From Narcine bancroftii (lineage: Eukaryota): a stretch of DNA of 64,000 bases. Made by a program: the position numbers and the translations under genes. Position 1 is the first letter of the stretch; every line of letters begins with the position of its first letter. Below the pieces are notes generated by a model that saw only the letters and a list, made by a program, of their open reading frames with translations, was not told the DNA's origin and ran no database searches. Below, in pieces: positions 1-11,602 of this stretch. The stretch covers positions 277,388,001 to 277,452,000 of the forward strand of contig NC_091471.1 of NCBI RefSeq assembly GCF_036971445.1, given 5' to 3'.

Positions 1-309
1 ATGAAAGCACTCCAATGGATGTTCAGAATGGAGTGAAGACAACGCTGGTGGAAGCGTTCTATAATCCTCTGAATTTGAACTTTCCTCATCCAATGTTTAA
101 CATCAGTCAGTTTTAATCCCTTTAGTAATAACCATCAGTTCCTCTTTTCTCTTGCTCTTCAGCTCTGCAGGTGATGGTTCTGACAAAAACTTATTAACAT
201 CCATTGCTGCTGTTTTTCACACTCAAGCTTTAAATTAGCTTGGGAAAAAAACAAATGACTAATAACCCACAAAACTCATGTTCAATTGACTGGACAATCC
301 CCCATAAAA

Positions 310-545
310 TGTTACGAGCCCAAAGGCCCCCAAAACCCAGCAGCAATAGACATTCACCAAGACAAGTCAATTTTAAAACTAAAGTTGTTTTTAATCAACT
401 TTAAACATGTAAACAGAATCAAAGTTTAACTTATCTCTAACCCAAATTAACCCCTTTCTAATTCTAAGCGCACGTATATGATGTGTGTGTAAATTTAATA
501 AAAGTTCTTTGGTTCACAGTTCAATCTCACTTCTCATTCTTCCAC
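310..545 (-). mobile_element. Fragment of a Gypsy-type LTR family (other copies at 18279-18545, 31045-31565, 61344-62243)
   Basis: Shares 'ccccaaaacccagcagcaata..cattcaccaagac...ttcacagt.caatctcacttc' with the other copies. Confidence 0.7.
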
Positions 546-559
546 CGCAAGAAAACTGG

Positions 560-1450
560 TGGCACAGTCAGGGAGCGGTAAGCAGGAGGCGTCGGGCTGG
601 TGAAGGGGTTGAGACAGAGTCAACCACCTCAAGAAGAACGACAGGAGTGCAGGCTTGGAGCCCAGCAATGAGTAAGGGGATGGCAAGGGGAGGTGTGGGA
701 GACCTCAGCCCCCACAAGGGAGGTGCAGACGAGCACATCACCAAGCTTGTCTAGTGACAGCAGAAGAGGACAGGGGAACGTGGGAAGCAGTGACCCCAAG
801 ACAGAGAACTTAACAGGTTTACCTGGGGAAATTGGGAGTGATGTGGAGGCTGGTGCCGTCGAAAGGGAGGATGATGTCAGGCTGTATGAGGTAGCCAAGA
901 TGGCAAGGTTAGGAAGAAGAGGAGACTTGGAGTCTTCACTGTGGACAATTTTTGAGGCAATGGAAAGGAGACTCTCATTGGACTTGGGCAGGAAAACGAC
1001 CCACTTAAAGGTCATGTTGGACACGTGCCATTCAGTATTAAATGCTTTGCAAGAGAATTGGAAAAAAACAGGAAACATGAGAACAGGATAGGGCAATTGG
1101 AAAATGAAGCTACAGCATGGGGGGCGGAATGGGGGTGCTTATAGCAAAGAGTTGATATTCTTGAAAATTATACCCAGTGGAACTCACTTAAAATAGTGGG
1201 ATTAAAGACAGGAATGGAGGGAAGAAACCTCGTAGCCTTCTTTCAACACTGGCTTTCAGAGACTTTGGGGAAGAAAAGGTTTGGGGAATCAATGCAGATC
1301 GTAAGGGTCCATCAGTTTTTCTTCACATGCCTGGCCCCCAGACAAAGGCCACACTCAGTGCTGGTGGAACTACTGGGCCACAAGGACCGAGAAAAAATGT
1401 TAAGAGCAGAGGTTGCTGCGGCAAAAGCAATTGGAGGGTCTTTGGAGCTG
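560..1450 (+). mobile_element. Degraded L1-like ORF1 fragment
   Basis: ..NSLKIVGLKTGMEGRNL..QIVRVH..PRQRPHSVLVELL.. resembles the L1 ORF1 RRM region; contains stops. Confidence 0.55.
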
Positions 1451-1468
1451 CCAAAAGGGGTATGTATA

Positions 1469-2065
1469 ACTGTGTACTACATTTTGGCAGTGGAAATAAA
1501 CAGGAAGAGTACTATTTGGATGGGGAGAAAATTCAATCCTCGGAGGTGCAAAGAGACCTGGGCGTCCTCGTGCAGGGAAACCTAAAAGTTAATGACCAGG
1601 TGGGATTGGTCATGAAGAAAGTGAATTAATGCTATGTTGGCATTCATTTCGAGAGGACTAGTGTATCAGAGTAAAGAGGTGTTGATGAAGCTCTATGGGG
1701 CACTGGTGAGACCTCATTTGGAGAACTGTGTGCAGTTTTGGGCCCCCTGTCTTAGAAAGGATGTGATGTTGTTGGAGAGGGTGCAGAGGAGATTTACTAA
1801 AATGATCCCTGGTATGAGGAACGTTTGGTAGCTCTCGGGTTGTATCCATTGGAGGGGGAATCTCATAGAGACATTTTGAATATTGAAAGGTTTTGACAGA
1901 GTAGATACAGATAAGATGCTTCCCTTGATGGGTGAATTGAGGACAATGGACTACAGGCTTAAAATTAATTGTCCAATTAAAACAGAGAGGAGGAAGAACT
2001 TCTTTAGTCAGAGGGTCATGGAGGCCAGATCACTGGGAGTATTTAAACAGGAAATGGATAAGTGA
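1469..2065 (+). mobile_element. CR1 LINE 3' fragment
   Basis: KLYGALVRPHLENCVQFWAP..LERVQRRFTKMIPG, typical CR1 ORF2 C-terminus. Confidence 0.85.
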
Positions 2066-4150
2066 AGCGATGAACACCCTAGAAACCATGTACAAACCTC
2101 CCACAAACTTGGTCTTCGCAAGGTACCTTCTGAGTACTCGTGACCAGCTGCCTGGAGAGACAGCAGAGTCCAACCTGGGAGCCCTACATGAGTTAGCCCG
2201 ACCGTGTCTGGCAGAACCCAGGGTGAATGAAAGGGAGGTCGAAAGTTTGAGCAGGGATGCCTATGTTTGGGGTCTACGCGCAAGGGCCATCTGGCAGAAG
2301 CTGCTGGAGGACAATATCTACTCCCTGGCCAAAACAGTGGAGGTAGTCCGAGCCCTGGAGTCAGCAGCCTCAACTCCAGGCTTCCCCGGGTCTCAACGTA
2401 GTCAGCACACACAGCAGCAGTGGCCCAAAACCAGACGGTGGACGAGAACATCATTGCTGTGGGCTTCCCATGCCCTTGTAAGTACTGTGGATCCCGGTGT
2501 GGATCAGATCAACGATCACGCCAAACCTGCCCGGCCAGAAATCAGTACTGCTCAAGATGTGGCAAGAAAGGCCATTTCGGTTATATATAACCTTTCAAAG
2601 CCTGCCGGCAGCTCAGCTGCCCTCTATGACCAGCCCCCCTCCTACCCAGTCCCGGCCACGTATGATTGCCGGGCAATGCCATTGCTCCCACAGCAAATTC
2701 TGGCCTCCCCAACCTCAGCAGCCCTACTTCTGGCCTCACCGGCAACGATCAGCGCGTGCACGCCATACACCTGGACCAGCCCTCAACCTCGCCAACACTG
2801 TTCCACATCCGCAGACTACAATGATATCGCTTCCGGTCCATGGTATGACATGACTTCCCCCGGCACAACCAGTGCAGCCGGCGAGGAAGGCTAGCCATGC
2901 CGCCGCCACGCACCCCCACGCAACACCGCCATCTTGTGCCGGAAAGGCACAGGCCACAGCCACCCGGGCCCTCCCAGGACTACAACGAGCACAGCACCAA
3001 CAATGATGACAACATGATCAAAATGGGTGAAGACCAGGCTGCCCTACCGACGAACCCCACGCCTCCGAACACCGCCAATCGCCATGCCTATGGAGAGAGC
3101 TACCGGCCAACACTCACCTCTCGCGACGCACCCCACGCCTGCAGGGAACGCCACCGGCCGCAACTCACCTCCGCCATCGGGGAATGATGCCTCGGACCCC
3201 AAGATGGTCCTAGCGGCCACCACATTGGCCAGTGAAATCCCTCACGGCCTCTGGCGCTCCATGATGGATGTCAAAATCAACGGGCAAGTAACAAAGTGCC
3301 TAATCGACAGTGGCAGCACAGAGAGCTTTATTCACCCAAGCGTGGCCCACTCCCTTAAATTCAAAATCCACCCCACCATCTTCTCTATCTCCTTCGCCGC
3401 CCAGGACCGAACTATTACCTTCGGGTGCTGCTCTGCTGATCTGACTGTGGGGGTGAGGAGGGGAGACATACACCTGTTTCAGGCTCCTGGTCATGCCCAA
3501 CTCTGCCCCCCCAGTCCTCCTGGGCTTAGACTTCCAATACCACCTGCAGAGCATCACCCTCGCCTTCAGGGGGCCCCTACCTCCACTCATGCTCCACAGC
3601 ACGCCATCCAACCAGCCCCAGCCAACCTGCGGCCTCTCCATACTGCGCATTTCCCCTCCCACCCTCTTTTCACACCTCATGCCAGACTGCAAGCCGATAG
3701 CTGCCAGAAGTTGGAACTATTGTGCCGCAGATAGAGGCAGAGGTGTGGTGGCTTCTGGCGGAAGGCTTCATAGAGCCCAGCAACAGCCCATGCAGAGCCC
3801 AAGTCCTGGTGGTCAAAGGGGGCAGCAAGCCGAGGATGGTCATGGATTACTGCCAGACCAGCAACTGGTACACCCAGCTGGACGCCTATCCCTTACCGAG
3901 GATAGCCGACATGGTCAACGATACATCCTGCTACCGGGTCTTCTCCATGATTGACCTGAAGTCGACCTATCACCAACTCCCCATGCACCCGCGGGACAAG
4001 TCTTACACCACCTTCGAGGCGGACAGGCGCTTTTACCAGTTCCGCCGAGTTCTATTTGGGGTCACGAAGAGGGTTTCCATCTTCCAGCAGGAAATGGATC
4101 ACATGGTAGACCAACACAAGCTAAAGGCGTCTTTTCCGTACCTAGACAAC
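2066..4150 (+). mobile_element. Gypsy LTR retrotransposon, gag-protease-RT portion (frameshifted)
   Basis: Protease CLIDSGSTESFI; RT IEPSNSPCRAQVLVV..MDY..DAYPLPRI..IDLKSTYHQL..FPYLDN. Confidence 0.9.
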
Positions 4151-4680
4151 AAGAAAAGTGCAGAGAACAAAACAAAGGACTCTACATCACCTTTGTTGAC
4201 CTCACCAAAGCCTTCGATACCGTTAGCAAGAAAGGGCTTTGGCAAATACTAGAGCGCATCGGATGTCCCCCAAAGTTCCTCAACATGATTATCCAACTGC
4301 ACGAAAACCAACAAGGTCGGATCAGATACAGCAATGAGCTCTCTGAACCCTTCTCTATTAACAATGGCGTGAAGCAAGGCTGTGTTCTCGCACCAACCCT
4401 CTTTTCAATCTTCTTCAGCATGATGCTGAACCAAGCCATGAAAGACCCCAACAATGAAGACGCTGTTTACATCCGGTACCGCACGGATGGCAGTCTCTTC
4501 AATCTGAGGCGCCTGCAAGCTCACACCAAGACACAAGAGAAACTTGTCCATGAACTACTCTTTGCAGATGATGCCGCTTTAGTTGCCCATTCAGAGCCAG
4601 CTCTTCAGTGCTTTACGTCCTGCTTTGCGGAAACTGCCAAAATGTTTGGCCTGGAAGTCAGCCTGAAGAAAACTGAAGAA
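4150..4680 (+). mobile_element. RTE-clade LINE RT fragment
   Basis: FVDLTKAFDTV, GVKQGCVLAPTLF, LLFADDAAL, FGLEVSLKKTE. Confidence 0.9.
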
Positions 4681-7036
4681 AACTGAAGAAAAAACAAAGA
4701 AAAACACAAAGGCACAGAAATAAAAGTTACAGAAAAGTGAGTATAAAGGTGGAAAGAAGATGGCGACAAAAAAAGAAAAATCGAAAGCAACGGTAAGAAG
4801 AGAGGAAGAGAAGACAAAGGAGGAAAAAGGTGAAGGCCTTACCTGTCCGAAGAGGCCCGCTGCGGAGAGAGAAACCCGCTCCCTCAGGTCGGTAAATAAT
4901 GGACTACAAAAATGGCTCGCAGAGCCGAGTAAAAGGGCGCAACCGCGCATGCGCGATACTTCGCGCATGCGCGATGCGAATGAAAAAAAACACACCGACG
5001 GGAGGGGGGACCAGCTGGGGAGTCGATCTCCACAGCCGGCAACGACAGCTGCAGAACACCTGCAGCAAGAAGAGACCACAGAAGACAATAGAAACAAGAA
5101 AGAAGAGGAGGAAAGGGCATCAAAGAAACAACAGATGGCCAACCCAGAGGAAGAAGAAGAGGAAGAGGAAGAGTACAGAGAAATAGAAGAAGAAAAGAAA
5201 GGCAAGGTAAAGGATATACTTGCTCTTATTAAAGGATACATGGAGTCATTTAAAGAATGGCAAACACAGGAATTTAAGGATTTAAGAAAAAGAATAAACA
5301 ACACAGAAGAGAAAATAAATAAAATGGAGATGACCTTAACAGAAATGGGAAAGAAAATGGACAAGATGGAAGAGCGGGCAGTAGCAGCAGAAATGGAGGT
5401 AGAAGACTTAAAAAATAAATTGGAGAAATCTAATAAAAAAACTAAAGAGACACAAGAACTACTAGCTCAAAAAATAGATACAATGGAAAACCATAACAGA
5501 AGAAATAACATAAAGATAGTGGGCCTTAAGGAAGATGAAGAAGGCAAGAATATGAGGGAGTTTATAAAAGAGTGGATCCCTAAGACCCTAGGATGTCCAG
5601 AACTACAGCATGAAATGGAAATAGAAAGGGCACATAGAGTATTGGCCTCTAAACCACAACCACAACAAAAACCAAGATCTATTGTAGTAAAATTCCTAAG
5701 ATATACTACAAGAGAAAAGGTACTGGAGAAGACAATGGAAAAAGTAAGAGAGGGCAACAAACCACTGGAGTATAAAGGGCAAAAAATCTTCATTTATCCA
5801 GATATAAGTTTTGAACTCCTAAAGAAGAGAAAATAGTTCAATACAGCAAAGGCGATTTTATGGAAGAAAGGGTATAAATTTATACTAAAGCATCCAGCGG
5901 TATTGAAAATATTTATTCCAGGACAACAAAACAGACTATTCTCGGATCCAGAAGAAGCACGAAAATTTGCAGAACAATTACAAAAATAGACTGAGGGAGG
6001 AAGACGGGTAATGAGAGTTAAAATGATCACGATTGATATGTATGTGGGTAAAGACAAAAATAGACTGAGGGATGAAGACGGGTAATGAGAGTAAAAATGA
6101 TCACGATTGATATGTATGCGGGTAAAGAGGTATAAGAGTGAATAGAGACAATGAGCATACTTAGAGCAAAATATAGATAGTATAGACAAGAATTAATAAG
6201 GGAAGGTAATGGAATAGAGAGAATAAGGAGGGAATTAAAAGAGTGACCTTTGTGACATATGAAAAGTGAAATCTTTTCTGGGTGAGGCGGGGTGGGGGGA
6301 AATAGCGGTCACTGCAAAATCAGTTGACGCTGGCGAGTGGATTCGCAAATCCAAATGGAGAGGGGAGATGTGGTTGTCCGACAAGGGATAAAGGACAACT
6401 CAGGAGGTAAAGGGGAGATTGGGGATAAATAAGATAGAAATAGGAGAATAAGGAAAATGTTGGATGTTGTAGGAATGTTGTCTGGTAAAGAGTTGAAAAT
6501 AAGAAAACAGAAATGGAAAAGGAGGAAAGGTAATGATGGAAAAACGGAAAGAGAAGATAAACAAAATATAAAAGGGCTACGCTGAACTATATGTCTTTAA
6601 ATATTAATGGAATACATAACCAAATTAAAAGGAAGAAACTACTAAATTTAAATGAATAAATGTATTCCATTAGAAAAAATAACAGATAGGTTAAGAAATA
6701 ATATTGAAATATTCGAGCAAGTATAGGAGCCTTACATTAAATACAATAGCGAAAACCTACCGGGGACAAACAGTACCTAAGTTGATGGAAGGAGAAGGAA
6801 AGAAAAGAATGGACTCAGTAGAATTTCTGATGTAATTATGTTGAATGACAACATTGTCTGACTGGCTTAATGCAACCTAGATTGTATACCTAAAATGGAT
6901 GAGAGGGGGGAGTGGGGGGTGGTTTGGGAGGAAAGGTGGGGGGGAGAAAAAGTCACTGTATATGTGTGAAAAAGAAATAGTGTATATCATGGCTAATGTG
7001 ATTTATGGTGTGAAAAATAGAAAATTTAAAAAAAAA
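4681..7036 (+). mobile_element. Non-autonomous L1-clade element: ORF1 plus internally deleted ORF2 plus poly(A) tail
   Basis: ORF1 coiled coil + RRNNIKIVGLKE..IERAHR..PRSIVVKFL..IFIYPDIS; ORF2 N-terminal residues abut ORF2 C-terminal residues at ~6650; A-tail at 7028-7036; second copy at 24524-25302. Confidence 0.85.
4760..5989 (+). pseudogene. L1-type ORF1 protein (coiled coil-RRM-CTD) with one premature stop at 5834-5836
   Basis: Frame reads on past TAG as FNTAKAILWKKGYKFILKHPAVLKI..LFSDPEEARKF to a stop at 5987-5989; true start uncertain (4760 or 5136). Confidence 0.8.
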
Positions 7037-8431
7037 GATCTTGCGCTGGAGAGTCAAGCTGGCAACGTACAGCTATGACATCCAGTGCTGTCTGGGTAAG
7101 TTTAATGACTCCCCTGATGCCCTCTTCCGGACCTGTGCATCGCTCCATGATGACCAGCTGGAGGCACTGCATGAGTCCCTCTGCCACCTGCTTATACCAC
7201 TTTATAAAGTCCCGAAACCTCCCATACACCATCAGGGATGTCAGGACCATGACCAAGGCGCGCCAGGTCTGTGTGGAAATCCATTTTCACTTCTTCCACC
7301 CGCCCCAGGCCCAAGTCGTAAAGGTCACTCAGCCCTTCGAGCACCTCAGCATAGACTTCAAGGGCCCTCTGCCTTCCACGAATTGGAATGTCTATTTTCT
7401 CGCGGTCATAGACGAGTATTCACACTTCCCTTTCGCCATCACATGCCCAGACTTCCCCACGGCCATCGTCATAATGGCAGACATTCACCATGTTCGGCTA
7501 CCACACATTCATCCACAGTGGCCAGGGGTCTAGCTTCATGAGTGAGGAACTCCGCCAGTACCTGACAGCAAGGGGCATCGCAACTAGTCGCATGATTAGT
7601 TACAACCCGAGAGGTAATGGACAGGTGGAGCGCGAAAATGGGGAAATCTGGAAGCCAGTCCTCCTAGCCCTTAAGTCTAAGGGGTGGTCCGTAGAGTACT
7701 GGCAGGACGCCCTCCCGAGGTACTCCATGCCATCAGGTCACTCCTGTGCACGGCTTCCAATGAGACCCCTCATGAACGCCTGTTTTCGTTCCCTAGGAAA
7801 TCAGCAATGAGAACATCACTCCCAGCATGGCTCACATCCCCGGGACTGGTGTTCCTGCATAGACATATGCGGGCCCACATGACCGAACCTCTGGTTGAGC
7901 AGGTGTTCCTCCTACACGCAAACCATAACTACGCTTACGTGAGGTTCAGCAGCGGAAGGGAGGACACTGTCTCAACCAGGGACCTGGCACCAGCAGGAGC
8001 ACCCACCACAGCACAACAGCATCCTTTAACCCAGGACCATGCCAGCCCAATGCACTCCCCAAACCCCGGACTGCTGTGGGATACCCAAGACCACCCCGGG
8101 CACCCCGGACTCACTCCAACCATGGGGGTTGAACCCGCACCCCCTCCACCACCCATCCAACTCCTCATACACACTTCAACTCCAGCTGCCCCGGCCACTC
8201 CACTGTACTGCACCACGACAGCTGCTCCGGCCCCTGCCCCCACCATCCCCCAATTAGCCCCTCGCTGACTGTTGACCAGGAGCCAACCCTGCAATGGTCG
8301 CAGAGACTCCGACGGCTGCCGGACCATCTAAACTTGTAAATATTGTATATATGTTTGGGGCTTCGGTAGAACGTGGAATGTAACCTACCCCCCGCCCCCC
8401 AGCCCCCCAGGACAATTTTTCAAGGGGTGAA
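7037..8431 (+). mobile_element. Gypsy RNase H end, integrase and polypurine tract (continuation of the 2066-4150 element)
   Basis: ILRWRVKLATYSYDI; PFEHLSIDFKGPLP; VIDEYSHFPFA; SYNPRGNGQVEREN; aaggggtgaa before the LTR. Confidence 0.9.
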
Positions 8432-8694
8432 TGTGGTGATACACCACCAGCCTACTGCAGGGGGCAACCTGTCTACCTGCAGAAGAGAACTGGAGAACAA
8501 GACAACACTGGCCGGATGTAAATCACCTACCTGAATGGACCAAGCCCCATCTGGTTGGCTGCCAATACCCCTCTGTCAGTTTCAGAGCTTGCACAACATT
8601 CTCACAGTCAGCTCTGTGGAAGTTTATGTTGAATAAAGCCTGTAGAGCAGACTTTTATGTTTTGTGTCTGCTTTCTGCTGGGCAGCACATCACA
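8432..8694 (+). mobile_element. Gypsy 3' LTR
   Basis: TGTGGTG...CATCACA termini, AATAAA at ~8632, directly after the PPT. Confidence 0.8.
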
Positions 8695-8994
8695 AAAGGG
8701 TAAGTTGCTTTCCCTGTAAGGCTGTGAGAGGATGGAGACCATTTAATCAAATGAGCAAGAAGGCAGCAGGGGAATAGCATGAAGGAAAGTGTGAAACTTC
8801 CCACTTTGGCCACAAGTTTAGAAAAACTGAATATTTTTAAAACCATGAGCCCAGTAAATAGTGACATTCTCAGTGATGAATGTTTGCAAATAAGAGCAAG
8901 AGAGCATATCGTTACAGCAAGCAATTAGGAAGCCAAATGAGGTGTATGAGTTAGGAAGACTTGCTGTAAATTCATAAGGCTCTAGAGTTTAAAT

Positions 8995-9525
8995 CAGTGG
9001 TTTTCAAACTTCTTTCCACTCACATTCCACCCTTAAGTAATCCCTATGCCTTCGGTGCTCTGAGATTAGTAAGGGATTGCTTAAGGTGTGCAGTGAACTG
9101 GGATTCACTGGTGGAGTGCTGTATTGATGACTGGTCCCGCCTCCCAGCTCCACCTGTTTACCTATATATAACCCTACCCATTGAAAGCTAATAAAAGCAT
9201 TTATTCTCCCTTCAGTCGTGTGAAAGTTTTTATCTATGCTACAAGGTGGTCTGTGAGTGGGAAGGGAAGGTGGAGAATCACTGCTCTAGACCCATTTGTT
9301 TCTGAAATATTTTGCTTGAGAAAAGTTGTCATTGGCCCATTTCATTTGGAGTTCTGAAACTGGACATAACGAGTCAATGAGGTACAATTAAAACAGTGGT
9401 TTTCAAACATTTTCTTTCCACTCACAGCCCACCTTAAGCAATCCCTTACTAATCACAGAGCACCAATGGCATAGGGATTACTTAAAGTGGAGTGTGAGTG
9501 GAAAGAAAACGTTTGAAAACCATTG
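8995..9525. mobile_element. hAT-type MITE
   Basis: TIR cagtggttttcaaac / gtttgaaaaccattg; 8-bp TSD gtttaaat / gtttagat; internal TIR copy at ~9394. Confidence 0.85.
9089..9243 (+). mobile_element. Short solo LTR nested in the MITE
   Basis: TG..CA ends, TATA and AATAAA, 5-bp TSD aggtg on both sides. Confidence 0.75.
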
Positions 9526-9604
9526 GTTTAGATCTTTATGCAAGGAGTCCCGTGCAAGTTCATCCAATTTACACACTTGCAGGGTTTGATTCTTCTTTAT
9601 ACTC

Positions 9605-10055
9605 AATGCTGAAGATCCAGCTGCGCTGGGTGGGTCACGTCTCCAGAATGGAGGACCATCGCCTTCCCAAGATCGTGTTATATGGCGAGCTCTCCACTGG
9701 CCACCATGACAGAGGTGCATCAAAGAAGAGGTACAAGGACTGCCTAAAGAAATCTCTTGGTGCCTGCCACATTGACCACCGCCAGTGGGCTGATATCGCC
9801 TCAAACTGTGCATCTTGGCGCCTCACAGTTCGGCAGGCAGCAACCTCCTTTGAAGAAGACCGCAGAGCCCACCTCACTGACAAAAGACAAAGGAGGAAAA
9901 ACCCAACACCCAACCCCAACCCACCAATTTTCCCCTGCAACCGCTGCAACCGTGTCTGCCTGTCCCGCATTGGACTTGTCAGCCACAATCGAGCCTGCAG
10001 CTGACGTGGACTTTTACCCCCTCCATAAATCTTCGTCCGCGAAGCCAAGCCAAAG
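9605..10055 (+). mobile_element. RTE LINE 3' end
   Basis: QLRWVGHVSRMEDHRLPKIVLYGEL..CNRCNRVCLSRIGLVSH*, then a short gccaa-repeat tail. Confidence 0.9.
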
Positions 10056-10627
10056 ATGTTTAAGACCAAGATATTTGAGTAAGAAGGGACTTGGGACATG
10101 AAGACAACTTGGAGAAGCTCGGCTGTGATCACTGAATAACGCTGCAGCTCAAAGGATCATTTAGTCTGTTCCTTCTCCTATTTCTGTTTCTTGAAGCTTC
10201 TTTCAGATATTAAGTTCATCGCCCACCTTAGAAGTCCCAGAATAGATTCTCTCTCATCATAAATACACCAGAAGAGATTTTCAGATCTTCCAACTCTCCT
10301 TCAACATTTACCTTATTTGAATATAGTCTGCTTTCAATGACTCTCATTGTCTGTCTTAACTCCCATCATGGAAACATTCCTGAACCTGTTTTCGCTACTT
10401 CTGGAGCCTGCCTGGCACCTGGTGTTCTCTGGCTCCTATCATGAGCCATTGGCACATGTCAGTACATTTCTATTGTTCTTCATCCTGGCATCATGTTGCA
10501 GCAGAGGCTCGGGACTGGGAAGAGAGTTCAGGCACACAGGTTTCAGCTCCATTGCTGAACAGTGCTGATGCCCACAGCAGCAACAGGAGGCAGACAAGAG
10601 AGGGAGATCGCTGCCACCAGTGTAGGA

Positions 10628-10678
10628 ATGGAAGGAAGCAGGAGGATTGCAATTGCCCTGAAAGGTGCTTGCCCGTTT
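10628..10678 (+). CDS. BRICD5: BRICHOS domain-containing protein 5, putative coding exon 1 (MEGSRRIAIALKGACPF)
   Basis: ATG in GGAATGG context, phase-0 donor TTT|GTAAGT compatible with exon 2; alternative in-frame ATG at 10568. Confidence 0.6.
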
Positions 10679-11029
10679 GTAAGTATTAGGTGTCCGTGAT
10701 ACTCTAGGTGCTGAATTTAACTTAGATCAAGGGCAGAAACAGGAGGTTTATTTAATCATTGGTACGTATTAAACGTTGTCGGGGTTAAGAGAGCTCTCAG
10801 GGCCAGTATCTCTGTTCCTGGCACTTTTACTTGTAAGAAACCCTAACTTTGTTGGTCGGCAGGTCATTCAGTCACACTGAGTGACAGTCATCAGACTTCG
10901 CCTGTACTTAAAAGTCAAGGATGACTTCAGTTCTGAGGTAGCTGAAGATACCAGCGTGAGCAGGTTGTTTAGAAGGAAATGTTCACAATGTTTGGAGCCT
11001 CCGACACTCCTAGCATTTGATTTTGATTG

Positions 11030-11365
11030 TTACTCTTGAGTTGCTACCTTCGGGCAGAGGCATGAAGACAAGTTCCTCCAGGTTCGAGAATAGTTTCTTT
11101 CCAACAGTTGAACCTCTCCTTGCGACAATGATCAGGGACTGGTCCCCCACCACAGAGAGACAGCCTGCACAATTCCCAAAACACTTTTCTTGCACAAGGG
11201 TAACTGGTTATTTATTATATCTATCTTTTGTGTCTATTTTCTCTTTTTAATTCAAATCAGGTATATTTACTGGGGTCTTTTTATGGCACCTGTTCTGTTG
11301 GGAGCAAGGAAGAATTTTGGTGCACATGTACATTGTACAGAATGTATGACCATAAACTTGTTATC
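11030..11365 (+). mobile_element. Rex1/Babar-type LINE 3' end
   Basis: LLPSGRGMKTSSSRFENSFFP motif plus 3' tail; related copy at ~18730-19030. Confidence 0.6.
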
Positions 11366-11464
11366 GTACTTCACACAAACATAAGACTATTCATGTCAGC
11401 AGCTATTCCCAGATAAGCTGCGGTTTTCCGCAGACTAACCCTTCGCACGTGGTGCTCACTACAG

Positions 11465-11602
11465 GAAGCGGGTGATTGCTCGGGAGACAAAACCAGGTCT
11501 ACACTGCCTGTTATGTGGGGAGCTTTGGTGTTGCTAGCTGCGGCTGCGGTTGTCTGGGGATCAGTCACCGGTATCCTGAGCCTGAGGGGAAGCGACCAGC
11601 AG
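11465..11602 (+). CDS. BRICD5: BRICD5 exon 2 (transmembrane segment VMWGALVLLAAAAVVWGSVTGIL)
   Basis: ctaac branch point at 11435, acceptor cag|GAA, donor CAG|GTAAGT, 138 nt phase 0, hydrophobic helix as expected for a type II membrane BRICHOS protein. Confidence 0.8.

Noticed and set aside
4591-5364. 257-aa Ser/Phe-rich minus-strand ORF
   Set aside because: Antisense shadow of the purine-rich L1 ORF1
11434-11464. Upstream alternative acceptor for BRICD5 exon 2 (ttttccgcag)
   Set aside because: Out of phase with the proposed exon 1 and hits TGA; the ctaac branch point favours the acceptor at 11464
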